From an uncultured bacterium (GTDB taxonomy: Bacteria; GCA-001730085): DNA of 32,000 nucleotides. The notes below the pieces were generated by a model. It saw only the letters and a list, made by a program, of their open reading frames with translations, did no database searches and had not been told where the DNA came from. Below, one piece after another: positions 1 through 10,355 of this stretch. Every line of letters begins with the position of its first letter. The stretch's first letter is position 1. The position numbers were made by a program, and so were the translations under genes. The stretch is taken from contig CAZMGY010000021.1 of the NCBI GenBank assembly GCA_964565945.1, positions 180,001 to 212,000 on the forward strand. Reading direction: 5' to 3'.

Positions 1-594
1 GTCATTGGTGAGTTTTATAGCATGGTTGAAGGATCCCTGGGAGAACGTGCTAAGTGTTATTATCCTTTGATTGCCAGTATTTTTTTGTTTGTTTTGGTGT
101 CTAACTTGGTTGGGATTATTCCTGGGATGATGAGCCCTACCGAGGATTTGAATGTCTGTTTATCCCTAGCTTTGGTCGTGTTTATTGTGGCACATAGTTC
201 GGGAATTATGAAAAAAGGTTTATGGGGTTACATTAAGGGGTATGGTGAACCCTTTATTTTTATGGCGCCACTAAATATCATGGGCGAAATAGGGCAAACC
301 TTGTCGCACTGTTTTCGTTTGTTTGGGAATATGTTTGGTGGGGGTGTTATTTTTACTCTAATCCCTACCGTTGTGTTTAGCACCATCAGTGCTTTTGGTG
401 GAAAGGATATGTCTAATGTTGTTTTTTCTCAGATGGGGCTCTCGGGAGGCATTATATATGCCTTGGCGGCCCCGGTGATTGCGCTTTTGTATTTTGTGGC
501 GTATGCTTTTTTTGGTTTGCTCGCTGGCTTTGTTCAATCCTTTGTGTTTGCGATGCTTGCCACAACATACATTGCAATGCAGGTTGAAGATTAA
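1..594 (+). CDS. atpB: F0F1 ATP synthase subunit a (5' end outside window)
   Basis: The frame is open from nt 1 (VIGEFYS precedes the listed Met at 22). Polytopic membrane protein with the subunit-a signature LSHCFRLFGNMFGG, which contains the essential Arg. First gene of an atpBEFHAGDC-ordered operon. Confidence 0.9.
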   Translation, partial: VIGEFYSMVEGSLGERAKCYYPLIASIFLFVLVSNLVGIIPGMMSPTEDLNVCLSLALVVFIVAHSSGIMKKGLWGYIKGYGEPFIFMAPLNIMGEIGQTLSHCFRLFGNMFGGGVIFTLIPTVVFSTISAFGGKDMSNVVFSQMGLSGGIIYALAAPVIALLYFVAYAFFGLLAGFVQSFVFAMLATTYIAMQVED

Positions 595-612
595 AATTGG
601 TCAAACAAGTGA

Positions 613-930
<318 letters not shown>

Positions 931-954
931 GCCAGATAAGGGAGTTCTGACGGC

Positions 955-1440
955 ATGGACATTAATTGGCCTACTATTCTATTGCAAACCTTAGGTTTTC
1001 TTCTATTGGTTGGTGTGCTGAAGAAATTTCTTTATGGTCCTATTTTGGAGGCTCTCGATAAAAGAAGGAGTGAAGCACAAAAAATGATGGATAGTGCGGA
1101 TCACCATCACTCCCAAGCGCAAGAAATGCTTCAAAAAGCCGAAGCTTCATTGCAAGATGCCAAAGAAGAGGCTTTGCAAATTTGCAATGAGGCACGTTCT
1201 TTAGCTAATCAACAAAAGGAATATCTGGTTGAGAAGGGGAAAAAAGATGCCACAATAATTCTTAAGCAAGCCCAGGATGACGTAGCCCACGAAGTGAAAA
1301 AAGCGAAAGAAGAATTGAAGGCAGAGGTGGCGCAAGTGGCGGTAACCATTTCGGAAAAATTGTTAATGCGTGAAGTGTCTCCCGAAGACCGTAAACGTTA
1401 TGTGACTGTGTATGCAAAGGAAGTTGAAGAGAACTTATGA
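955..1440 (+). CDS. atpF: F0F1 ATP synthase subunit b
   Basis: 161 aa with a single N-terminal TM helix (ILLQTLGFLLLVGVL) followed by a long charged helix. Lies between the c and delta genes. AGGGAG is the RBS. Confidence 0.85.
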   Translation: MDINWPTILLQTLGFLLLVGVLKKFLYGPILEALDKRRSEAQKMMDSADHHHSQAQEMLQKAEASLQDAKEEALQICNEARSLANQQKEYLVEKGKKDATIILKQAQDDVAHEVKKAKEELKAEVAQVAVTISEKLLMREVSPEDRKRYVTVYAKEVEENL

Positions 1441-1964
1441 GCTTAAGTGTTGCTCGCAAATATGCCTTAGCTTTGTTTCAAAATACAGAAGATCAAACTG
1501 ATCGTATTTTAAGAGATTTTGAAATGCTCAAAGAGGTTCTTGATCAAGATGATCAGTTGGTTCTTTTTTTGAACCATCCTAAATTGGATGTGATGGAAAA
1601 AAAATTACTATTCTCCAACTTGCTCACAAAAATGGATGTGATGGAACCTTTTAAAGCGTTAATGTTTATTTTGGTGAACAAGCGTCGTTTTGCCCTTGTC
1701 CGTTTGGTTATGTCGGCGTTTGACAATTTGGTGCGTGAGCAAAACAGTATCGTGCGAGGCGAGATTGAATCCATGGCAAGAGAAGACTTAGATCAAGTTA
1801 AGGTGATATTTGAACGTAAATTGAATACAAAAATTGACTGGTTCCACCAAGAAAATAATACGGTGATTGCAGGCTTTCGTATTCGTATTGAAGATACATC
1901 TTATGATGCCACACTGTCCCAACAGTTGAAACAAATGAAAAGCAAATTAGTCCACCCAATGTAG
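1437..1964 (+). CDS. atpH: F0F1 ATP synthase subunit delta (OSCP)
   Basis: 175 aa. Start overlaps the atpF stop (ATGA). N-terminal ARKYALALF is typical of delta/OSCP, and the gene sits between b and alpha. Confidence 0.85.
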   Translation: MSLSVARKYALALFQNTEDQTDRILRDFEMLKEVLDQDDQLVLFLNHPKLDVMEKKLLFSNLLTKMDVMEPFKALMFILVNKRRFALVRLVMSAFDNLVREQNSIVRGEIESMAREDLDQVKVIFERKLNTKIDWFHQENNTVIAGFRIRIEDTSYDATLSQQLKQMKSKLVHPM

Positions 1965-1977
1965 TGAGGTTATAGTC

Positions 1978-3492
1978 ATGAATATCAAAACAGAAGAATT
2001 GACTTCGATTATTGGTCACCAAATTAAAGAATATGTTTCTCAAATGGAAATTTCCGAAACTGGAACCGTGGTTCAGGTTGGGGATGGTGTTGTTAAACTT
2101 TATGGTATTCGCAATGCTATGGCTGGAGAGTTGTTATTTTTCCCTCGTAGTGGTGTTTATAGCATAGCGTTAAACTTAGAGGTCGACACGGTTGGTGCGG
2201 TAATTTTGGCTAATGAAACAACGGTTAGAGAAGGTGATGAAGTTCAGAGTACAGGTAAAACGGTGGAAGTTCCTGTTGGAGAGGGTTTGTTGGGTCGTGT
2301 GGTCAACCCCTTGGGCACGGCTTTGGATGGCAAAGGTAATATAAAACCTCAAGGTTATTACCCTTTGGAGAATGAAGCTCCTGGTGTTGTGGATCGTCAG
2401 CCGGTTAAAGAGCCCTTGCAAACAGGTATTATTTCTGTTGATGCGATGATTCCAATTGGTCGTGGTCAGAGAGAGTTGATTATTGGTGATCGCAAAACAG
2501 GAAAAACAGCGATAGCTTTGGATACAATTTTGAATCAAGCAGACCAAGATGTGAAATGTATTTATGTGGCTATTGGTCAGAAAAAATCGACCATTGCTAA
2601 TATTCGGAGTGTTCTCGAAGAGCATGGTGCGATGTCTTACACCACAATTGTGGCGGCCTCGGCTAGTGATTCTGCTGCGATGCAGTACATCTCGGCTTAC
2701 AGTGGTGCTGCCATGGGCGAGTATTTTCGCGACAAAGGTGAGCATGCCTTGGTTATTTATGATGATTTATCCAAGCATGCCGTGGCATATCGTCAGTTAT
2801 CGTTACTTTTGCGTCGTCCTCCAGGGCGTGAAGCTTATCCAGGAGATGTTTTTTATGCCCACTCGCGTTTGTTGGAGCGTGCGGCGAAGTTGAATCAAAA
2901 GAAAGGTGGAGGCTCTTTAACGGCTCTTCCTATCATCGAAACCCAAGCCTCAGATATTTCGGCCTATATTCCAACGAATGTGATTTCGATCACCGATGGT
3001 CAGATTTATTTGGAGTCGGACTTGTTTTATTCTGGGGTTCGCCCTGCGATTAATGCTGGTCTCTCGGTATCGCGTGTTGGGGGAAGTGCTCAAACCAAAG
3101 CGATGAAGAAAGTGGCTAGCCGTCTTCGTTTAGATTTGGCTCAGTTTCGTGAAGTGGAAGCCTTTGCTCAGTTTGGAACAGATTTAGATGTTGCCACGCA
3201 GCAACAGATCACACGTGGTTTACGTTTAAGAGAATTATTGAAACAAGGTCAGTACACCCCTTATCCGTTGGGAACACAAGTGGCTTTGATTTATGCTGGG
3301 ACTAAAGGTTTTATGGATCATGTTCCTATTGATAAAATACATCAATTCGAAGAGAAATTAATTACTGTTTTGGCTAAGAAAGATGAGAAAGATTTTTTTG
3401 GAGACATTGCTAAAGAAAAAGTTCTCACCGAAGACTTAGAAAATCACTTGGTTTCTATTTTAAAAAAACTCAAAGGGGTCTATGTAGGTTAG
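1978..3492 (+). CDS. atpA: F0F1 ATP synthase subunit alpha
   Basis: 504 aa. Walker A is GDRKTGKT. The blocks [37 protein letters not shown] and [28 protein letters not shown] are unmistakable alpha-subunit blocks. Confidence 0.98.
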   Translation: MNIKTEELTSIIGHQIKEYVSQMEISETGTVVQVGDGVVKLYGIRNAMAGELLFFPRSGVYSIALNLEVDTVGAVILANETTVREGDEVQSTGKTVEVPVGEGLLGRVVNPLGTALDGKGNIKPQGYYPLENEAPGVVDRQPVKEPLQTGIISVDAMIPIGRGQRELIIGDRKTGKTAIALDTILNQADQDVKCIYVAIGQKKSTIANIRSVLEEHGAMSYTTIVAASASDSAAMQYISAYSGAAMGEYFRDKGEHALVIYDDLSKHAVAYRQLSLLLRRPPGREAYPGDVFYAHSRLLERAAKLNQKKGGGSLTALPIIETQASDISAYIPTNVISITDGQIYLESDLFYSGVRPAINAGLSVSRVGGSAQTKAMKKVASRLRLDLAQFREVEAFAQFGTDLDVATQQQITRGLRLRELLKQGQYTPYPLGTQVALIYAGTKGFMDHVPIDKIHQFEEKLITVLAKKDEKDFFGDIAKEKVLTEDLENHLVSILKKLKGVYVG

Positions 3493-3496
3493 TCGA

Positions 3497-4348
3497 ATGT
3501 CTCAAATAAAAGAAATTAAAAATCGAATCACCAGTATTAAAAAAACACAGCAAATCACACGTGCGATGAAAATGATTGCGGGTGTAAAGTTTCATAAAGC
3601 CGAAACGCTTTTGACGCAGGTGCGCCCCTTTGCTTTTATGATAAATGATGTTGTCAAAGATGTCTCTGAACGTAACTACGAAATGAGAAATCCTTTTTTT
3701 CGTAAAGTAGCGAAGACACACAATAAAGAACTTTTAGTGATTGTAACTGGAGATCGTGGTTTGTGTGGAAACTACAATAGTGCGGTTATTCGTAAAGTTC
3801 AAAAACTACTTAACGATAGTCGCTCATATGAGATGGTTTTAATTGGCAAAAAAGGACGTATTGTTTTTAATAAACCAGGAGAAGTGATTAAATTAGCGAT
3901 CGATAATCCGGGATCGGATGTGACCGATGAATATCTCAAAAATGTGGCTACACAATTGATAGAGCTTTATGCTCAGTATAATTCTGTTTCGATGATCTAT
4001 ACAGAGTTTGTGAATGCAGTTAAGCGCAATGTAATAGATAAACGAGTGCTTCCTATTTGTGACAAGTTCGAAAAAGGAAAACGTGCCGAACTTTTGTATG
4101 AGATGGATGAGGACGAGATTTTGGAGGATTTGGCCAACACCTATATCACATCGTGCTTACGTCATTCTTTAACAGAGTCTGCCGTGAGCGAGGAAAGTGC
4201 GCGGGTGACGGCAATGGATTCTGCCACCAACAATGCCAACGATATGATTCGTTCGTTAACCTTGGTGTATAACCGTGTTCGTCAAGCTGGAATTACAAAA
4301 GAGATTATAGAAATTTCGAGTGGAGCTGAAGCTTTTGCGAGTGCATAG
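3497..4348 (+). CDS. atpG: F0F1 ATP synthase subunit gamma
   Basis: 283 aa. N-terminal IKNRITSIKKTQQITRAMKMIA and C-terminal YNRVRQAGITKEIIEISSGAEA are the gamma coiled-coil signatures. Confidence 0.95.
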   Translation: MSQIKEIKNRITSIKKTQQITRAMKMIAGVKFHKAETLLTQVRPFAFMINDVVKDVSERNYEMRNPFFRKVAKTHNKELLVIVTGDRGLCGNYNSAVIRKVQKLLNDSRSYEMVLIGKKGRIVFNKPGEVIKLAIDNPGSDVTDEYLKNVATQLIELYAQYNSVSMIYTEFVNAVKRNVIDKRVLPICDKFEKGKRAELLYEMDEDEILEDLANTYITSCLRHSLTESAVSEESARVTAMDSATNNANDMIRSLTLVYNRVRQAGITKEIIEISSGAEAFASA

Positions 4349-4415
4349 CCTCAAAAAGTTTTAACTTATCGGACTGTTCGTACAAAAGATAAATGAAGGC
4401 AATCAAAAGGAGTAA

Positions 4416-5816
<1,401 letters not shown>

Positions 5817-5822
5817 GGGATT

Positions 5823-6104
5823 GTGTTTTGTATGGTTCAAAAACAAAAAAAGACCGTGGAGTTAAAGATCGCGGCTGTAAATCAAAGCTTATTCGAAGGT
5901 AATGTTGATTTTGTCATAGTTCCAGGTCTTGATGGAGATGTGGGGATCATGGCCGAGCATGCTCCGTTTTTAGCCCCTTTACGCAAAGGTCGCATTGATA
6001 TTGTGACTGGTGAAAACCCTAAACAAAGCCTGCAAGTGGAAGGGGGGGTCGTGGCGGTGGCAGATAATACTGTTCGTATATTAGTTAATAATATATCAGA
6101 ATAG
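5823..6104 (+). CDS. atpC: F0F1 ATP synthase subunit epsilon, short form (beta-sandwich only)
   Basis: Last gene of the operon. VPGLDGDVGIMAEHAPFLAPLRKGRIDI matches the epsilon N-terminal domain. The start is either GTG 5823 or, perhaps better, ATG 5832. The ORF ends after ~90 aa. Confidence 0.85.
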   Translation: MFCMVQKQKKTVELKIAAVNQSLFEGNVDFVIVPGLDGDVGIMAEHAPFLAPLRKGRIDIVTGENPKQSLQVEGGVVAVADNTVRILVNNISE

Positions 6105-6230
6105 ATTTGAATGAAAATTAAAGACCATCCACACATCCTCAAGCATCGCATTTTTCTAACATATAACGGTTGTACTAATGAGTAATCCCTCATCATTAGG
6201 TTAGAGCTTTTATCTGGATCAAAAGTTAAA

Positions 6231-6312
6231 TGGAGGGTGGTGGATTTGAACCACCGTAGGCTACGCCAGCAGATTTACAGTCTGCCCCCTTTGGCCACTC
6301 GGGTAACCCTCC
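6231..6312 (-). tRNA. tRNA-Tyr (anticodon GUA), class II with long variable arm; CCA not encoded
   Basis: Hand-folded from the reverse complement. Acceptor is GGAGGGT/ACCCTCC. Anticodon stem is GCAGA/TCTGC with loop CTGTAAA. The variable arm is 13 nt. T arm is GGTGG-TTCAAAT-CCACC. Confidence 0.9.
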
Positions 6313-6353
6313 AATAAGATAACAAATCAATGTGATTGATTTCGGGGCATTTA

Positions 6354-6429
6354 TGGAGCTGGCGATGGGACTCGAACCCGCAACATGTTGATTACAAATC
6401 AACTGCTCTACCAATTGAGCTACGCCAGC
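6354..6429 (-). tRNA. tRNA-Thr (anticodon UGU), CCA encoded
   Basis: Hand-folded. Acceptor is GCTGGCG/CGCCAGC. D arm is GCTC-AATTGGTA-GAGC. Anticodon stem is GTTGA/TCAAC with loop TTTGTAA. T arm is GCGGG-TTCGAGT-CCCAT, with one C-A mismatch and one G-U pair. Confidence 0.85.
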
Positions 6430-6447
6430 TCAAAAATGTAAGCAGAT

Positions 6448-6476
6448 ATTGTAACGAACCCGAATTTTTTTGTCAA
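6448..6476 (-). promoter_or_regulatory. sigma-70-type promoter for the tRNA-Thr/tRNA-Tyr unit
   Basis: The minus strand reads TTGACA, a 17-nt spacer, then TACAAT. The -10 element ends 18 nt upstream of the tRNA-Thr 5' end. Confidence 0.55.
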
Positions 6477-6539
6477 TAGAACTCTTGCTTTATGTGGAAA
6501 CCCTCAAGAACTATTATAAATAGGTGGCGGTTTTTTTAT

Positions 6540-6555
6540 TGGCAGGGTTTTCGCA
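6540..6555 (+). promoter_or_regulatory. candidate sigma-54 (-24/-12) promoter element, weak call
   Basis: TGGCAGGGTTTTCGCA compared with the consensus TGGCACG-N4-TTGCA. The GG and GC dinucleotides have exact spacing and there are 2 mismatches. It is intergenic, ~215 nt upstream of the 6772 ORF. No rpoN is visible in the window. Confidence 0.2.
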
Positions 6556-6771
6556 CCGTCAAATTCAAGATGTGTTATTGACTAATAAATAGGGAAGAAG
6601 GTGTAAGGATATTCGCATTTTTGAAAATAAAATTTTTCAATAATACTACGAAAATAGGTTTAGATATTTGTCAATGTCTGTTATAAAAAATTTGCATAGC
6701 TAGGCATCTTTATGTTACAGTGTATTTTAATGATATTTTAAAATGAATTTATATGAAAGATGTAATAAATA

Positions 6772-9255
6772 ATGCTTCAAAGGATCATTTTATGGCAATT
6801 GGGTATATTACTCTTGTTGGGAGATGGCCTTAGTTGGGCGCTTGCTCCTGGGAGCATGTTTCAATCGGCTCTTCCAAATGTTTGGATTTCAAAATATCCA
6901 GGGGTGTTGATTTATTCGGCAGAGTTCAAACAGATACATTTGCAGGGAGATCGGTCACAATCACTTAGTGAGCTAGTCGAGAATCCTGAATGGATGACAC
7001 TCGATCTCGAGAAACACTTATTAGAGCTACGTCAGAATCAAAATCAACGTCAAAAAATGAGAGAAGAGATTCTGGCAAAATTAGATGGTTGGGGTATGCG
7101 TTTTAACAAAAATAGCGGGAGGTTTTCTCTAAATTTCGAACAAAATCATTACCAGTTGGCAAAAAAATTGGTTCATGATAACCACGAAGAACTGTTTTAT
7201 ATGATTCAAAGCCTTATTTTGGGTGGCGATGCTAATCTTGGGACAGAGATCTATTATTCTTTACGAAGTTATTATAGGGAAGGTTATTTTTGGAGTCAAA
7301 CAGGGTTTGATACGATGGCTTATTTTTCTCTAAAATTACACGAACGATTAAGGCGTAAAGAGTTACTGTCTTGGCCACGCCTTGATCAAAAGGCAAGGTA
7401 CAGCGATAATAATGCTGACATTGCTTTTGAGAACGTGGAAGGACAAGTTATCCTAACGTTTAATAACGATCAAACCTTACGTTACTTTATCGATAAGCTC
7501 AAAACCTCTAATCTCTTGTTTTTATTTGATTACAATCCAGAATATCCACTGGTGTTGAGAATGCCAGAAGCTCGGTACACTTCTTTTAATCAAGAGTTAA
7601 CTTTATTGGGGCAAGATGAAGCTATTATTAAGAGGTTCGGGGTATTCTTGGACAAGGTTAGTTATAATCGAAAAGTTATGGGGGAGCATGGGTTCCAGTT
7701 AGGTACTTTTTCTTTAAAAAAACTTCTAAAATCAGTTCAAGTACCTAATGCTTCTAGTAAGAAAATCCAGCTTGATGACCGACTTTTTCACTTTGTTGAA
7801 CAAAAGCCAGCTGGAGCTATGCCAGGAGCTGTGTACGAAGAAAAAAACAAGCGCTGGTTGATTAAGTGGGGGGGGAACTTAGGGACGATAGAGTCCCGAG
7901 AACCGACATATAGCTACGAGAGAAGTATACGAGAGGTGATGACCGCCAAATTTATTAAAAATTTTGGCTTTAATGTTCCAGCCCATAAGCTTGTTCGCGG
8001 TCAACAGGGTTACTTGTACGTGGCTTCAGAATATAAGCCTGAGCAGCTCTACGAGTTTGAGTCTCTGCGACATATGAATGTTTTGGATAGAGTGGATAAA
8101 GAATCTTTGCAAGACCTTATGTTGCTGGCGCTATTAACCCATGATCTAGATTTATTTAATCCTGTTAATGGAAATATTTTGTTTGAAAAAAAGGGCGATC
8201 GCTATGTCCCCTTTATTGTCGATACGGCTGAGTTTTTAAATGGGAAAAGAGGGAATATGTCGGTTTTTGATAAGGAAATCGGGCAAGGGCTTCGAAATGT
8301 GTTGTTAACATCCTCTTTTTTCGCGGGTTATAGGGGATTTATGCGCAACTGGATTTGGCAAGATGTTTCTGAGCAAGTTCTTTATGAGAAAGCGCGAGCT
8401 GTTGATGCTAAGTTACAGCAGAAAACAGATGCGACTTCAATTGCGAGTTTGTTAGAAAATGTTGAGATTCCGCCTTTAGATCCGGATGATAAAAATGTTT
8501 TGGAAAATTATGGGGAGATTGATTACGAGCAAAGCATTTTAAAAAAGATAACGGCAGATTTTCAAACTGTGAGGGATGTTTGGGGGAAGAGCTATCGAAG
8601 TGATGTCGAGAAAAATTTCGTTCCTTCGCAAATGATTGATATTCAATACACGATTTCGGAGCAAAAGCTTTCGTTGAATTTTCATAACACTCATCAAATG
8701 AAGAGGGTGGAAGCCTGGTTTGAACAAAATATGCCTAAAGGTTCATGGATGCGTAGCCACAGTGACATAAACAAGATTATTCTTTTGTCCCCCCTTTTAA
8801 AAAGGATAGATCAGAGTAAATCTTTAAGGGAGAGTAGGCACATTGTTTGGGACTTTGGGAGCGAAAATCTTAAAAAAAAGTTCTTTCGAGAGGTTTTAGG
8901 GCATGCAGAATTTTATTCAGGCAGCGAGTGGCAGCGTAATGTGAACGAGCTAGTGCGAAGAATCCGTTTTGAGGACTCGCCCTTATTGCAGCAAATAGAC
9001 CGAATGACCTATATTCAGATAGATGACGAGACAAAGGTATACCTGCAATGGGTTCCTGGCCAAGAATCTCTTTTATATCAAATGTTTTTGCAAGGGCTTC
9101 TTGTTGAGGAGACGCCCTCTGGCAAGCAAAATGTCATCCAAGATGAGAGCACTTTAAAGGGCATTACTTCAAAGTTGTTGTTAAACAAAGGTATTGTCGT
9201 GTCTAAAACATCTAAGGTTTCTTCGTCATTGCAATTACTGAGGCAAGCTGCTTAG
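6772..9255 (+). CDS. large signal-peptide protein of unknown function with a central protein-kinase-like / lipid-kinase-like core
   Basis: 827-aa uninterrupted ORF. The N-terminal hydrophobic signal is ILWQLGILLLLGDGLSWALA. The central region (aa ~340-490) has RWLIKWGG (candidate Lys), SIREVM (candidate Glu), LLTHDLDLFNPVNGNILF (catalytic-loop-like H-D...N) and IVDTAEF (DFG-like Asp). I recognise no other family. Confidence 0.8.
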   Translation: MLQRIILWQLGILLLLGDGLSWALAPGSMFQSALPNVWISKYPGVLIYSAEFKQIHLQGDRSQSLSELVENPEWMTLDLEKHLLELRQNQNQRQKMREEILAKLDGWGMRFNKNSGRFSLNFEQNHYQLAKKLVHDNHEELFYMIQSLILGGDANLGTEIYYSLRSYYREGYFWSQTGFDTMAYFSLKLHERLRRKELLSWPRLDQKARYSDNNADIAFENVEGQVILTFNNDQTLRYFIDKLKTSNLLFLFDYNPEYPLVLRMPEARYTSFNQELTLLGQDEAIIKRFGVFLDKVSYNRKVMGEHGFQLGTFSLKKLLKSVQVPNASSKKIQLDDRLFHFVEQKPAGAMPGAVYEEKNKRWLIKWGGNLGTIESREPTYSYERSIREVMTAKFIKNFGFNVPAHKLVRGQQGYLYVASEYKPEQLYEFESLRHMNVLDRVDKESLQDLMLLALLTHDLDLFNPVNGNILFEKKGDRYVPFIVDTAEFLNGKRGNMSVFDKEIGQGLRNVLLTSSFFAGYRGFMRNWIWQDVSEQVLYEKARAVDAKLQQKTDATSIASLLENVEIPPLDPDDKNVLENYGEIDYEQSILKKITADFQTVRDVWGKSYRSDVEKNFVPSQMIDIQYTISEQKLSLNFHNTHQMKRVEAWFEQNMPKGSWMRSHSDINKIILLSPLLKRIDQSKSLRESRHIVWDFGSENLKKKFFREVLGHAEFYSGSEWQRNVNELVRRIRFEDSPLLQQIDRMTYIQIDDETKVYLQWVPGQESLLYQMFLQGLLVEETPSGKQNVIQDESTLKGITSKLLLNKGIVVSKTSKVSSSLQLLRQAA

Positions 9256-9305
9256 TTTGTGGGAAGTTGGGACTTTAAAGTTCTTCATGGTAAAATGTTG
9301 GTGTG

Positions 9306-10355
9306 ATGAAAGATTTATTTTTATGTGTCAACCTTGGTTCTCCCAAGCATTGGGATGTGGTTGCTGTTAAAGCTTATCTGTCCGAATTTTTGATGGATAA
9401 GCACGTGATTGACGTGCCCTGGTTACTGCGGTTCTTGTTGGTTAAAGGTCTTGTCGTGCCTTTTCGAAGTCCCAAGACATCGGAAGCTTATCGTGGAATC
9501 TGGATGGAGGAAGGTTCTCCGTTGGTTGTTTACACTGAACGAATGATGCGTGCATTGAAAGAGAAGGTGTCCTTTTCGGTTGAGTTGGCGATGACTTATG
9601 GAGATAACGATATTGCCACGTGTATTCAAAGGATGGTAGGTGAGCAGGGTTCTTCTGCGAGGCGCTTACATCTTTTGCCTCTATTTCCACACTACGCTAT
9701 GTCGACAACGCAAGCGGTTGTTGACCATGTTCACGCGAGTGTTCAGAAATATGCTCCACAGTGGGAGCTCCATGTTGTAAAGCTTTTTTTTGAGCATCAA
9801 GCGTATATCCTCGCTCTTAAGGCTCGTTTAGCTACTTTTGATGTGGCATCGTACGATCATATCGTCTTCAGTTATCACGGTTTGCCAGTTAGACATTTGC
9901 TCAAAACGGACCCTACTCAGTCGCACTGTATGAAAGTGCCTAATTGTTGTGAGGTTACAAGTGTAGCGCGAACGACCTGTTATCGTGCTCAAGTTGTGCA
10001 AACAATGCAATTACTAAGTCGAGAGCTAGAACTTAAGCCGACACAGTGGACGTTGGCTTTTCAGTCACGATTTGGCAAGGATACTTGGTTAATCCCCGAT
10101 ACAGAGGCGGTGTTAAAAAAACTCCCTCAACAAGGGGCGCGTCGTATTCTTGTGGTGAGTACAGCTTTTGTGGCGGATTGTCTTGAGACCTTGGAAGAAT
10201 TAGGTATGCGAGGTCGAAAATGTTTTAAGGATGCAGGAGGAGATGTTTTAGATATTGTACCCTGTCTGAATGACCATCCTGTTTGGATTGAAACTCTTGC
10301 GACTCTCATGGAGGAGCATATCCGTTCCGTCGAAGGTAAGTGTGATGATGCATAA
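9306..10355 (+). CDS. hemH: ferrochelatase
   Basis: Motifs seen: LCVNLGSP, EFLMD..VI, LPLFPHYAMSTT, SYHGLP, FQSRFG...WL.PDT, VADCLETLEE and CLNDHP. ATG 9306 is preferred over the listed GTG 9303. Confidence 0.92.
   Translation: MKDLFLCVNLGSPKHWDVVAVKAYLSEFLMDKHVIDVPWLLRFLLVKGLVVPFRSPKTSEAYRGIWMEEGSPLVVYTERMMRALKEKVSFSVELAMTYGDNDIATCIQRMVGEQGSSARRLHLLPLFPHYAMSTTQAVVDHVHASVQKYAPQWELHVVKLFFEHQAYILALKARLATFDVASYDHIVFSYHGLPVRHLLKTDPTQSHCMKVPNCCEVTSVARTTCYRAQVVQTMQLLSRELELKPTQWTLAFQSRFGKDTWLIPDTEAVLKKLPQQGARRILVVSTAFVADCLETLEELGMRGRKCFKDAGGDVLDIVPCLNDHPVWIETLATLMEEHIRSVEGKCDDA

Noticed and set aside
2176-2745. 189-aa ORF antisense to atpA. Similar cases are 4305-4787 and 5505-5846 (antisense to atpD), 3470-3721 (antisense to atpG) and 1262-1459 (antisense across the atpF/atpH junction).
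   Set aside because: These are shadow ORFs on the opposite strand of unmistakable, highly conserved ATP synthase genes. Their composition is low-complexity and unlike real proteins.
6175-6199. Possible bidirectional terminator between atpC and tRNA-Tyr (CTAATGA...TCATTAG)
   Set aside because: The stem is 7 bp and AT-rich, the loop is 11 nt and no U-tract lies on either strand, so it is not convincing as an intrinsic terminator.
6226-6414. 62-aa minus-strand ORF
   Set aside because: It is composed almost entirely of the tRNA-Tyr and tRNA-Thr genes, so it is an artefact of translating structured RNA genes.
6743-6772. 9-codon upstream ORF (MNLYERCNK) whose TAA overlaps the ATG of the 827-aa gene
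   Set aside because: It has no RBS, the context is very AT-rich so short ORFs arise by chance, and I have no conservation information.
6431-9302. tRNA-adjacent genomic island carrying the 827-aa gene
   Set aside because: There is no integrase, no direct repeat of a tRNA 3' end and no obvious compositional shift by eye. The gene also lies on the 5' (promoter) side of the tRNAs rather than at a tRNA 3' end, where islands integrate.
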